A stretch of DNA of 64,000 nt from Podarcis filfolensis (taxonomy: Eukaryota): the NCBI GenBank assembly GCA_964270895.1, contig OZ185435.1. One strand, written 5' to 3'. Every line of letters starts with the position of its first letter. Positions within the stretch are counted from its first letter, which is position 1. Position numbers and translations under genes: made by a program. Of the stretch, positions 22,395-34,932 are shown one piece after another. The notes beneath the pieces are model-generated. The model was not told the DNA's origin, did no database searches, and saw nothing but the letters and a program-made list of their open reading frames with translations.

Positions 22395-23014
22395 AATCAA
22401 GGGAAGGACATGAGTCACCTCAAGCCACTGACTTGTGGTATGGAAGTGTGTCAGAACGGATCTGTCACATCTGTCCCTGTCACACCGAATCTATGTGATG
22501 GCTGGTCAGGTTTACCAAGCATTGTTTAGAGTAATGTCTTCTCTTGGCAAGGCAGGGCATTCATCTCAATTGTTCTAAACAGCGTATTTGTACGATTGTT
22601 ATTTTTTAAACAATTGCAAATAGCTGGGATTACTGTCCAAGCAATGTGTTTTTTTTATACGTTGCAAAACGAGCGATTTGCATTTGTTCAGTCAAGGACC
22701 TGACATGAAAACAAACCACACGCTTTCTGTTTTGGAAGGAGGAGGATTCTAAAACCAACCCCTGCCCCCCCTCCACAAATCCGGCATTAATACAGCATCT
22801 TCGAAGAATTTGTTTTTTGACGGCCCCACTGGTGTTAATTAACAATCTCTAATAGCACACACACGCTGCATGACATTAATTTTTTTTTAAAAAAGGAAGC
22901 AAGCAATGATCTTTCAGGGATTCCACTGCTAAGCCTCTGCTGCTGGTGAAAAAGACATTCATTTTATGCACATTTTAAGTTCGCAACTAATAGCATTCAC
23001 AAGGTTGGTTGGTT

Positions 23015-23040
23015 GTGTGTGTGTGTGTGTGTGTGTGTGT
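23015..23040. repeat. (GT)13 microsatellite
   Basis: Read directly. Confidence 0.95.
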
Positions 23041-24104
23041 ATTTATATATAATCTTGTTGAACACACACAAAGAAAGAACCCAAGGAGGTTTAGTTAACA
23101 GATCACTCTTAACATATATATCATTAAAGATTTATTACAGAATCTTCCTAGTTGAGGAGGAGGGGGGGGGGGAAATCAACATGGAAGAGAGAGCATTGGC
23201 AGGGGGAAGGGAGGGGGGAGAGAGGGGAGAGCAAGAAGAATGGAAATGATTAATTACTTTAAAATAGTGGCATCACCTGAGACTTTCTATTTATTATTGC
23301 CACTGAAGTTAAAACCCTGGATGTTGGCTGGGAGCAATTATTCTGCGTAGCAAGGGCCAAGCTCTGTGTGCCCAGAATAATTAATTACAAAGGGCTGGAG
23401 TTCCGACGGCAGAGTTCAGCATGCCCATGAGTTGGGATCGGTTCTATCAAGATAATACTGATAAAAAAACGGGGGGGGGGTGAATGAATGGTAATGGATA
23501 CTGCTGTTGATTTATGTTGCCAGCATACCAAGCGTTCAGTATAAATGATTTATGTAAAGTTCGGCCCCTTCCGATTCTGCCAGAGCAACACCCAGCCGCT
23601 ATGCGAGCAATCCGTTTCGAAAACCAAAAGGGCAAAAACGTAGAAGGAGGATCAATGGCTCCCAGAACTCTTACGCGGCTTCAAAACTTCTCATTCCAAT
23701 GTGGAAGAAGTCCGGCGAGGGAAGCTTAAGCAAGCTAAATAGGGCCTAGGGAAAACAAAACCCCAAAGCATACAAAAAAATCAAGGGAACTGGGAACAAT
23801 AGCTTTTGTTTAAAAAACAGAAGGTTTTGATTTTATTTTGATATTTTTCAATTACATGTATATATAAAAAATTGCTTGTCACTTCACCTGCCTGGAGACA
23901 GTCAGAGTAAGTTCAGAAACTATAAATAAATTAAATAAAAATGGCAACCTCCCCAACACTAAGAAAGAGAGCTAATTGGTCACACGATAAATTAATGGAA
24001 TAGGATGAAGTTATGCAGAAAGTATCCAGAAGCAGATTGGTAGCATACAAGTTTAGTTTTTTAAAGGAGCTAAAATTATCCCTTTGGATGTGTAGCCTCT
24101 GAAC

Positions 24105-24237
24105 CAGGCATCCTCAAATGGCTCTCCAGATTTTTGGGACTACAATTCCCATCATCCCTGACCAGTGGTCCTGTTAGCTAGGGATGATGGGAGTTGTAGT
24201 CCCAAAACAGCTGGAGGGCCGATTGTGGGGATGCCTG
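24105..24237. mobile_element. Palindromic hAT MITE, 133 bp
   Basis: caggcatcc...ggatgcctg; exact 8-bp TSD ctctgaac. Confidence 0.92.
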
Positions 24238-25586
24238 CTCTGAACAATTAGAAATCTGTATGTTGTTTGAAAGCCAAATCACACACACAACTACAAACAA
24301 GCCTTCTAACATAAAGAAGGATTTCCAAAATAGGTGGAGGACATTTCAGCAATGGTAAATTACAGCAACTACTACAGTTATATTCTCACTGGTGAAATGC
24401 CATTTAACAAGGACCTGTAACCCACTTACTGGAAATACAGCTTTTAAAAATAGCAAGACATGCTCAGGGAATAAAGAGTCTTGTGGGTTTCTTACTATGG
24501 TTCTGTTTAGGTAAAAGGGCAGCAAAGTTTCTCAAAAGAGACAGCAGGTGCAACTGGGAAAGGGATAAATCAAAGGGGGTCCCCCCACCCCATAGCTTGG
24601 ATCCCCTTTGTGTTTCGTAACTAGTCTTTGGCTCAGATCACTGTGGCGTTCGGATCACTGTGGTTACAAACAAGGAACTCTGCTCTCCTCTCCTGCCATA
24701 AGAAGACTTTTCTTCAAACTGCCAATCTCAGCGAGATTTATTAAAACAAAAGTTATTGTAACAAAAGTTACCAACCATCCCAAATTCAGCAGTGCTACGA
24801 AAATCAAGGGTGATTTTGGCATAGCCATACCATAGAAGAGTGCATAAAGACAATGACCCAGATCCATGTCTCGCCATGGAAAGGCACACAAGAAAAACAT
24901 GAATTGTGTGCATCCATCCCTTAAGGGTGCTATAATCTTTGCTATTTACACCAAATAGAACCAGGAGACCTGTAAAACTGGGCCCTAAGTCTTACAGATG
25001 TTCTTCAAACTCCAACATGACCCTACTTTATTCTTCCAAGAATCCCTCTCACACACCAGAATTCAAAGAAGTTCTGGCATCAAATAACTGAAGGAATTAA
25101 TAATCCATTCATTCATTTTACTTGTATTCCTCAACAGCGGCTTACAACAGAGAAAACAACACACTTCGAAACCAAACGGTACAAAAATAATTACCTAATA
25201 ACATAGCAAAACAGCACAATAACTTACCAAAAATTGTAACATTTCATGACTATAAATATAAGATGATTACTTAAACAACACTCAATAACAAAAATAACAA
25301 GGGAGCTTTACAGTTTCACCTTGGTCCTAGAAAAACCCATCCCATGAAGTTGCTCACAGTCCCTCTCCTGCAGCAACTTGCAAGGCTTCACAGTGCAGCC
25401 AGTGGCTTAAAGCACACTTCCCATAGTGTTTTTCCTTTCTCCTCTGAATGGTGTCCACTACAGAACTGGCCAAGTAGCAGCTGAAAATGCATTACTGGTG
25501 GCAAATCTGCAGGAGTATCTATTCTGGGGGCAATAGCTGCAAAACTGCTTTCAGCAACATTTGTGGTTTACTTTCCCCTCTCACTG

Positions 25587-25600
25587 GTGCCCTCTAGAGG
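25587..25600 (-). promoter_or_regulatory. Candidate CTCF motif
   Basis: CCTCTAGAGGGCAC on the minus strand matches the consensus at 13/14. Confidence 0.45.
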
Positions 25601-25921
25601 TCTGGCTGGCCAGCAAAGCCCTAGCTGGTTCTGCAGAAGCTTTTCCTCTTAGGAGCACTGCCCTGTTACAGACAAGAGCCTCTTCTATCTCTGTTCATGG
25701 GTGATTAAGTTGACAGACAGAAGGAGAACAGACCGGTTTCCTCCTCTGGACAGACAAGTCACTTAAAAGGAAATAGAAGGGGGGGAAGCATGGAAGGGTT
25801 TCTGCTGGGAGATAGGGAGAATTCTTCTCGGAAACAGTTAAGCCACAAATCCCAAGGCAATCATAACAAGGCATTAAATTGCCAGCAACCATGTGCGCAC
25901 TTCTTCTGACACAAGCTTAGA

Positions 25922-26628
25922 TACATATATGGTGGAATTGTTTAAACATCAAACAATTTTGGGAAATAATACATAATGAAATGAAAAAAATGTTCAGATA
26001 TTCATTTAGGAAAACACCAGAAGGTTTTCTATTGGGAATAGTACCAGGAAGTCTAAAGGAAGAAGACAAGTCATTATATTTATACGCAACAGTAGCCACA
26101 AGGCTATTGATTGTGAAAAATTGGAAAAGTGGTATTATACCGACAAAAATAGAGTGGCTTGCCAAATTATTGGAGTACTACAATATATCCAAAACAATGG
26201 GAAAAATTGGAAGGATCTCAAAAGAGAAGATAGACAGGCACTGGAAGGTGTTTAAAGGATACTTGCAAAACCATATTGAAAAATCAGAACTCCTATTAGA
26301 ACAAACAAGTTCTGTTTTAAATACTGGAATACTAAATAAGATGGATAACAATGTGTAATAGAAAAAGAAGCATGAAATTAGGTTAGACGTGTATGAAAGA
26401 AAGTAATAGAAGTGGAAAGAAATTGCAATTGAGTAGATTGGAAGTCTAACACAAAGGTGGGGTGAGGGGTGGTGGATGGTGATGGGAAAAGGAATTATCT
26501 GTGGGATTGAGTGTAGGTATGTTTGAACATTTTTAAGAATTGTATGAAATGTATGTTTGTATATTTGAAATATGTGTGTATTAATGCTGAATTATTTTAA
26601 CAATAAAAACGTTAATAAAAAAAAAGAT
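25922..26628 (+). mobile_element. 5'-truncated L1 (ORF2 C-terminus, 3' UTR, poly-A) with TSD
   Basis: Open frame 25921-26358 HIWWNC..FWEIIHNEMKKMF...GFLLG...RLLIVKNWK...EW...W..F; A-rich tail; TSD acaagcttaga at 25911-25921 and 26629-26639. Confidence 0.92.
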
Positions 26629-27377
26629 ACAAGCTTAGAACCCAGGTTTTATGAATTGAGGCAGCGGTGGGGAACCTCCAGCCCTAAACAGCCCTGCCAG
26701 GCCTCCCCATTTGGCTCCTGAGGCCTTTTGACCAGGCCAGGCCCACCAGTCCTACACCCAACATCACATATGGCGCCAGGTGCAAGGCAGATAAAGAAGC
26801 AGTTGGGGTTTGCAGGCTCTGTCAACAGCGCTTTGCAAGCTCCAGCATTGGAGATGGCAAAGTGCTGTGCGCCAGACTCTGAAAGCACTATCAGCTAGCT
26901 TAACGTTAAACCAGGATGGCAGAAGTGGGCCCCACCCATCTGTCAAACTTGGCCTGCAGGGGTGGAGAAGATAAGGATCCTGCACACTGGCTCAGATCCA
27001 GTTCCTCACCCCTATGCTGAGGTGATGTAATACACTGCCCCAAGTCCCCACACATGAAGAATGATGAGTGCCCAAGTATTACAATAGCCAATGCTTCTCT
27101 CTGTTGATGAGGCCAAGCAATTCTGATCCTCCCCTTCATCTCTCTTGTTCACTGCTATCTGTGTAAAGGAGTTGCCCTGCCATGTCAACCAGAATAACTT
27201 GGGGTGCCATTTCAGTACAGGAAAGGGGAAAAGATGCTATCACAGAAGACAAGAGATTTTCCTCAAGGTATGAAGGCCAGCACACATATATGTATCTTAA
27301 CATTACAGGCCAAAACAGTATAAGCCCAAAACAGGCACCCAAGATACTGAATGTGGTTTTGATACCAATAAGTGACA

Positions 27378-27620
27378 GATACATGGGCACAAGAGACAGA
27401 GCATTTTCAGTGGTGGCCCCATGCCTATGGAATTCCCTTCCTAGGTCGGTATGTATGGCATATCAATGTTTACTTTTGAGCAGGCACTGAAGGCTTTGCT
27501 TATTATTCTTTACTGCTTTTAATGGGAGATTTATGCCGGTGATTTCCAGTCACTAGCCTTTTGTGGGGGGGGGGGTTGTTGTCGTTGCTGCCTGCTTTTA
27601 CGCTTGTTTTAGGTCTGTCA
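27378..27620 (+). mobile_element. L2 LINE 3' fragment
   Basis: GTRDRAFSVVAPCLWNSLP, a typical L2 ORF2 end. Confidence 0.75.
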
Positions 27621-30600
27621 ATACTGTTTTTATCTGCTGCCGTGGTGATTTTCAGATGTATTAATGGGGCTTCAGCCGTTCCTTTAATTATTTTATGACT
27701 TGCAATGTCATCAATCACTGCTATTTTTCCTAAAGTGTTGAGAACTCTTACGAGGGACAACCCTGAAAGCAAGCCTACCAATACAGGAAGGAAAAATAAA
27801 TAAATAAAAGCAGCACTATAAGCATTTGTTGTGCTTATGTTTTTAGGCTACATAATAATGCTAACACATCCAGAGATACAGATAGGATGGCCAGTTAGAG
27901 AGGACAACAAAAAAGGTTTAGATATTTGCCATGTATACCTGACTGACAGCCCTATTTAAATGTTCTTGAAATACATGATCTGCAACCTCAGAGTGTTGGG
28001 CCTGCCCTAGACCTGACAGATGTGGTTCGCTGTGGAAAGGATTCCCTGAGGGAAGTTTAAAAAGCACAGGGCTTTTAACAGTTGGTCCTGCTGTTTACTT
28101 GGAAGTAGAACTCACTGTAGGTAAGCATGCATAAGGTTGCAGCCTCAGTATGTAGATCCAAATTATGTAGATTCAAAATATGTGGCTACAAATTCAAGTT
28201 CTCCTCAGAGGGGAACAAGAGAGGGGAGCCGTGGCATCACCCTGCCCACAGTTCCCCTTAATATTCAATGCTTGGCTATAATGTGCTCCCTCTGTAGGAC
28301 AACCCTTAAGCTTGGTTCAGAAACTGCACAATTGGGCAGCCAGGATACTGAGCAGACTGGTGCCAGCACACATATCACACCTGTGTTGAAGGAACTATTA
28401 GCTACACAGCCCTCTGCTTCTTTTGAGGCTGGATTAAATAACAAACAAGCAAACCCCATAATTTATGTATTTTTTAAATTTCAAGTCTGCCTTTTTTTGA
28501 AAATTTGCATTACAATAATTCACAAAATAGGTGCACCTCTTAACAAATGTTGACTTATAAAACACACCGTTCCTCCTATAAAAACAAATTCGTGAATCAA
28601 TTTGTTCATGACGAGTAATTGAAGACACTTCACTAGCCATTCCCTTAGAGGTGTTGTTGTTAATGTATACCCTGAGCAACTTGGTTTCCTGAAAGACTAC
28701 CTTCCCTATAGAGACTCAGTAGATCACAAAGATCCTCAAGAGACCTTGCTGATAGCGCTGCAACCTGCCCATTTGGTAGCAGGACAAAAGTTAGCCTTCT
28801 CCTTAGCAGCTCCTCTGAAATGCTCTCCTTTTCTGCAATTTGGGTGGAATGGGTTATTGGGTGATTTCCGCTCTTACTGAAAACTCACCCTGTTTGCTCA
28901 GACTTTCCCCAACTATCAGCACTGACCAATTGTCTTTGGCATCTGCGATTCTGGTTTTGTTTTTTTGTTTTTTGTACTTAATTTGTTTTAATGTATTTTA
29001 AATTTTATCCCTGTACACTGCTTGGAGGCAAGCTTTGTTAACGAGAAGCACATATAAATATTAAATAAATAACATAATACAATAAAATGGTGCTTCTGTA
29101 TCTCCTGAGTTCCCCGCTGGGCTATTCGGAAAGGAGATACAGACCATGCAACCAAGAAAATAAAGCAAATGGTCCATTAGTATTATTTGGTACCAAAATA
29201 TTATGGGAGACGACAAGTTGAGAAGAGAAGCAGAAGAGTCTGTTTTTTTAAAATACAGAAAGATAGAGAGATAGAATAGATAGATAGATAAAATAGATGG
29301 AAATATAGATATAGTTTTAGTGTACCAATGGGATTGTAGGTAAGACTAAGATAAATGTTTTGTGGTTGCAGACAATTTTGTTTTTGTTTTGCTTTCAATA
29401 ATAACTCTTAGATTCAGAAAGTCTTTTTTAAAAATTGCCATCAGGTCTGAAAGAAGATATACAAATAAAAGAACAGGGCTGTCAAAATAATTCAGTGTTC
29501 TTTCATAGTAAAGAGCTGAGTCAGCTGTCTTCAAGCCTACAGCCGCTAACCTGTAGGCAAAGTAGCAGGAATTGTAAAAGCACAGCACTTGCCCTGAACA
29601 CATGTCCACTTAACACTCTACCCTCTGCTAGCTGCTGCTCTTGTCTATGTCCTCCCTCCTCACCTCTCCTTTTTCTTCTTCTTCTTTTAGCTCTGTCACC
29701 TCTCAGGACAGATCAGACAGATTTTTTTATATCAAAAAATCACAGCACAGAATGCTTAATTTGTCCCAAAAAGATCTGCACAAGCCAAAACCATTCGGAA
29801 CAAAAGCTTGCAAGTGACTGGACAATACAAACAAAAGCCATCTGTGAGGAGGGGGATTACATAAAACAGGACGGAGGGGGAAAAACCACTTTTTAAAGGG
29901 GAGGGAATACTATTTCGTTTTTCAAAAATTAAAATACTGTCTTTTTAAATAACTCTGTGTGCTACCCAACGCTGCACATGCAGAATGCAATATTGCGCAA
30001 TGAACCTTTCTTTCCTCATCCTCCCCACTGAAGCCTCCAGGAACTGCGCCCCCTCCCACCAGAAAGCCTTTCCAGGAGGACTCAGCAAAATGTTGTGAGC
30101 CGAGTAGTACAGGGTTGCACGGGGGGGGGGGGGGAGAGAACCTCTTAATAATTGTGGCCAATGTAACTGTAGCTTTTCTTTCAACCTTCCTTCCCAACCA
30201 GCTCCATTTTTAGCCTTTGCTGTGTATTGACCAGGCTGCAATTCACATAAGCTTTCAGTCAGGGTCATCAGGACAATCTTGGTGTGATTCTGCATTGAAT
30301 TCTATCTGCGATTATGATGTAAATCTCACTGCAGATTTACAGTGGAGCAGCTGAAGGCAGAAGCAGCCTATCTGTATCTAGACAGATAGATAGATAGATT
30401 TACAGGGTACATATTCATCAGAATAAAGTGCATAGTGAACCTATAAAAATATAAAATGCCCAGCAACCCAGAGTCCTAGCTTAGTATAGCTTTTTTATAG
30501 CTTAGTAAGGCAGAAGGGGCCAAACAGTGTAAATGGGAATTCTGGAGATCAGCATTCCGTTGACCAACGAAGGCAACACTTTCTATCACGGCTCATGTTC

Positions 30601-31232
30601 TTCTGTATATAATTCACAAATGTCTAACCCAGCTCCACACCCCCTTTGGTTCTAAACAAAAGAAACCCAACATTCACACACCCACGGAGCCTTTCTGCCT
30701 TCCTCTAAGACTCTGTAATGTCCCAGTTTCCTTAGAGTCACCAGAGACTGGTCTCGCAAAAAGAGCTTGGCTGTTACTAGTTCCTTTTCAATCTCTCGTA
30801 AATGTAGGAAAGAATGCATGTCTTGACTCTGTCAAGAGGAGCATCGCCTTTTTGCTAGCCACTCAGCAGATGTGGTTCTACAGAAAGCTCAGTACCATTT
30901 TATTTCCCTAATCTTCTGTCACTGACTTGTCAATTATGTCTCCGCCTGTTAGCCTAGTAGGGAGACCTCAGACAATCCTCCTGCTCTTGCTTTAGCCTAG
31001 TAGCATCACAAGATTTGGGAACCTCAGCTGTGGACTTCCATGCAAAAAGAGGGACAAAATGTGAACATGCCCCCCAAAATACAAAAACAAAAACCAGCAT
31101 GTTACTGGAGAAGTTTGGCAAGTTCTATGGTAAAATGAAAAGAGCATTATACAAAACAAAGGTCAGATCCACACCATACATTTAAAAGCACTCCTATGCA
31201 CGTTGACAGTCATGGTTTCCCTCAAATAATAA

Positions 31233-31358
31233 TAGAATCATAGAACTGTAGTGTTGGAAGGGATGGCGAGGGCAATCTAGTCCAATCCAGGATTATTTTT
31301 GCCTACCGTGGGTTTCGAACCCACGACCCTGAGATCAAGAGCCTCATGCTCTTACTGA
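31233..31358 (-). mobile_element. Short tRNA-head/CR1-tail SINE (second head type)
   Basis: Same layout as 56430 (tagaatcatagaactgtag...gtgggtttcgaacccacgaccctgagatcaagagcctc). Confidence 0.7.
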
Positions 31359-33047
31359 TCAAACTGTAAATTGTTAAGGGAGCTGAGGGTTGTTAGGAGA
31401 CTTTTCACAGAGCCACAATTTTAAGAGGGCTTTAAATGTATTCTATGGATGCACGGGATATTGGTTTGCTGATGGGGAATTCAATGTACTTTGGAAGCTT
31501 TAATAACTGGAAACTGATCCAATGAAAAAGGTATTATCTTCGTTTGTATCAAAGGTAAAAATAATGATATTCTAGTGGTATCTAGTCAGAGAGGAATGAC
31601 TAGCATGACACCAGGTGTGAATCACTGCTCAGGCACTTAGAAGTGCAATGCCAGAGGCCTTCCCAGATAATGAATTTCTCTTCATGGGGAGGGGGGCGAG
31701 TTGCGAGGGGCAGATCAGAATTAGGATTTACTTGGTGGTGTTGGCTTTTAATTATGTTGTTACCCCACTTCCTTTGTATCAGCCTTCAACTTGTCAAAGG
31801 CATCTTATTGCAGTGTCAGGGTAAGTAAACGCATAGTGTTAAAATGAAAGCAAAATGTTGTCAGTGCCAGTTTAGGGAAGGCACGCTAAAATGTCACAAT
31901 GAAAAATGTCTTGACAGCCTTTCTGTGGCCATGCTACAATGTTGGACAAATGTGGCGATGTCAGTGCACATTATTAAACAAGGGATAATTAACACATCTT
32001 GTGTGTATAGAAATCTTTATATAAATTTTGTGTGTTTGTGCGCGCGCACATATGCACACATGCAGACCAGTCTTTGCCAACCTGGCCATTCTGGCTGGGA
32101 CTGATGGGAGCTGCAGGTCAGTGCATCCAGAGGGCATCAGGTGGACAAAGGCTGGTATAGACGAAAAGGCACAATGCAGCTTGAATTCTGCAACTAGAGA
32201 TACAATCCTGGCTGCCATTAAAATTCTATTCTGATGCAACTCAGAGATTTTGGAAGACTATGAGGAGAGACGTCCCATCCTCTTCTACCCAACTGCTTGC
32301 CTAGAGTGGACGTGAATTTGTGGCTGCTGCAAAACCTCCCCCAGCTCTCTCCAATGCAAACTCTCACAACCCTGTTGAGCCCATGGGGAACTCGGCTTGG
32401 ACTGTGTTGTTGGCCACGTAAAGGCTCCACTCCATTTAAAATGTCCCATTTGCAGACTTTTCAAACAACCAGCCTGTCAGCCTACATGCATACCAAATCA
32501 CAGCTTTCTAATTCTCTGTGAGAAGCATCGGTGAGGACAAAAGTTGCATTTTTATGTTTGCATCACACACACAACGCAAACGCAAACGCAAACACAGGCG
32601 CAAGCGTTTTCTTTCCATTGCAATTGGTCAATAGCTATTTTTCGTATCTCGTCTCATATCACAATTGCTCAAGTGGAGCCCAGTCAATAGTTTTATGAAC
32701 TATTGCCCACTTCATAGGACATCAAGGAAATTACTTCCTCTTACGTGACCTTATCTAAACCAACTAAAACCAGAATTATGATCTAAGGGTATAAAAAGAG
32801 ACAGGAGGTAATATGTCAGAGATATATGGAAGATGCAGAATTACTCTTCATGAAGCAGAGTGACTTCATCACTCACTGGAGACATGTGGTAGTTTCTAAA
32901 TAAATAATGAGGAATCCTTGTTCGCTGCAGGAAGAGGAAGCAACAAAAAGAAGTGGGGAAACACCTTAAGCAGAATATGTATTTATTACAATTATAGAAG
33001 ATCTAATTCCAAAGAAAATGGCACATATCTGAAATAACCAAACAATA

Positions 33048-33324
33048 CAGTGGACCCTCTAGTTACGTACCGCTCTGGATACGTAACTTTCGGGTTATGA
33101 ACGCAACAAACCTGGAAGTGTATACTTCCGGGTTGCGCCGCGCTTGCACAGAAACATTCTGCGCACTTTGTGCATGTGCAGAAGCTCTCTGCATGCCATG
33201 CACGTGCGCAGAAGCACTCAAACGCGCCACGTGCATGTGCAGAAGCGGCACCTCTGCCTACGGACATTTCGGGTTGCGGACGGACCCCCAGAACGAACTT
33301 AATTCGTATCCGGAGGGTCCACTG
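33048..33324 (+). mobile_element. Tigger-like MITE family C, 277 bp
   Basis: TIRs cagtggaccctc / gagggtccactg, TA flanks, internal gcatgtgcagaagc repeats. Confidence 0.88.
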
Positions 33325-34795
33325 TAATTGAATTTAGCCAGCAGAGACTGAAAGCTCTTAAGTGTGGTAGAAATATTTATACATCAACTTAAATAGAACC
33401 AGTCATGGCAGCGCCAAAAACTGAGGGCAATTCCATACATAACGTGGCAGTGTGATGGCCGTGCATACACTGATGTTATTTGCGGTTCACAGAAAAAGCA
33501 TATGGACGATCAACAGCTTTAAAAACCTACATATGCATGTGAGGGAGATACAAACCAATGGAGGATCTGTATACGTATAAAGGAGGTTATTGGTGTGTGC
33601 CAGTCATGCTACGTGGTTAACAGCAAAATGAACAGCAGCAGCCCCAAAGATGCAGTCAAATAACGTCAATTGCTCAAAAATAAACTCGTGGCAGGGGGCT
33701 GAACTTTAAATAAGTAGCAACCATTAAATGCAATCAGTTTTTGAGGTGATGGGGAGGGGAGATTTTATCCCAAACAGCAAAACCTTTCATGCTCAAAGTT
33801 CAATAAACACCTGAGATTTTAATGTCTTGGCCTTCTTCGTAGCCACTTCAGTTAGGGTCCCCGACAACAGGTCTCCCTATCAGGGTTTTTATTCAAATAT
33901 GCAAGGGCCAATTCCACACCAAAAAGAGAGAACAGCGATTATATACAACTGAAGCATTTATTATACTGACTTCCTCTGTACTATGGGTCAACTAGGTCTA
34001 ATACGCATAAAAGTAACTTGATTTGTGTTGGTACTGGCCAGTGCTACCCATGTTCCTTAAGGGTGAATTCTCCCACACAAAAAAGCCTACATATATAATC
34101 AGGTAAAATCAGAATGATTAGATATCTTAATTTCTACTGGAATGCCTGGCAACAATGTGGGCTGGGCAAGGAGGGATTGAGGAAGGGGAGTTCCAATCAA
34201 TACGTGAAGCCATTCCAGCACCTTCCTTTCATTTCTCACTTCCAGAACCCAGACCTGGCTCTTTAAAGGCAGCTGTTGCAGGTAGCAGTTTCTACCACCA
34301 ATGGGAACTCCTGCCTCTTACAGATACAACTACCACCCCAACTCTGCTCATCGGGGCAAAGATGATTGTAGTCACTCGGCCAGGCACAGGGCGGAGGCAG
34401 AGAGGGAAGAGAGACACTGGGTTGGCCAGTAGGGCAGTGCCTTTTTCCACCCACCTTGCTCCACCCTCCAGCCCAAGGAACCTTCAGAAAGGAGTCACTG
34501 CCATGGGTATATGGGTCTCAATGAGCTGAACAGAGTGAAACATTATGTGTCATGGGGTGTGGAGAGCGTGTGTATGAACTTAGCAGTGCAGAGTTTATTT
34601 TTCGGCTGCTATTTTTTTAATATTGCTAATATTGTTTTATAGATTCTAAACGCTGTATTGATTTGCTAAATCATATGACTTTTGCTCCAATCCTGATGTT
34701 TTAGCTTATTTTTTATTTCTTGCTTGGTTAACAGTGCTTTATAGATTGGTAATTGTTTCACTGGTGATTTGTTAATTATTCTATATGATTTACGC

Positions 34796-34932
34796 CAGGC
34801 ATCCCCAAACTCGGCCCTCCAGCTGTTGTTGGGACTACAATTCCCATCATCCCTGACCAGTGGTCATGTTAGCTAGGGATGATGGGAGTTGTAGTCCCAA
34901 AATGGCTGGAGGGCTGAGTTTGGGCGTGCCTG
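34796..34932. mobile_element. Palindromic hAT MITE, 137 bp
   Basis: caggcatccccaaactc...gagtttgggcgtgcctg; exact 8-bp TSD atttacgc. Confidence 0.92.

Noticed and set aside
30318-30341. 9-bp inverted repeat tgtaaatct/agatttaca
   Set aside because: Within chance expectation.
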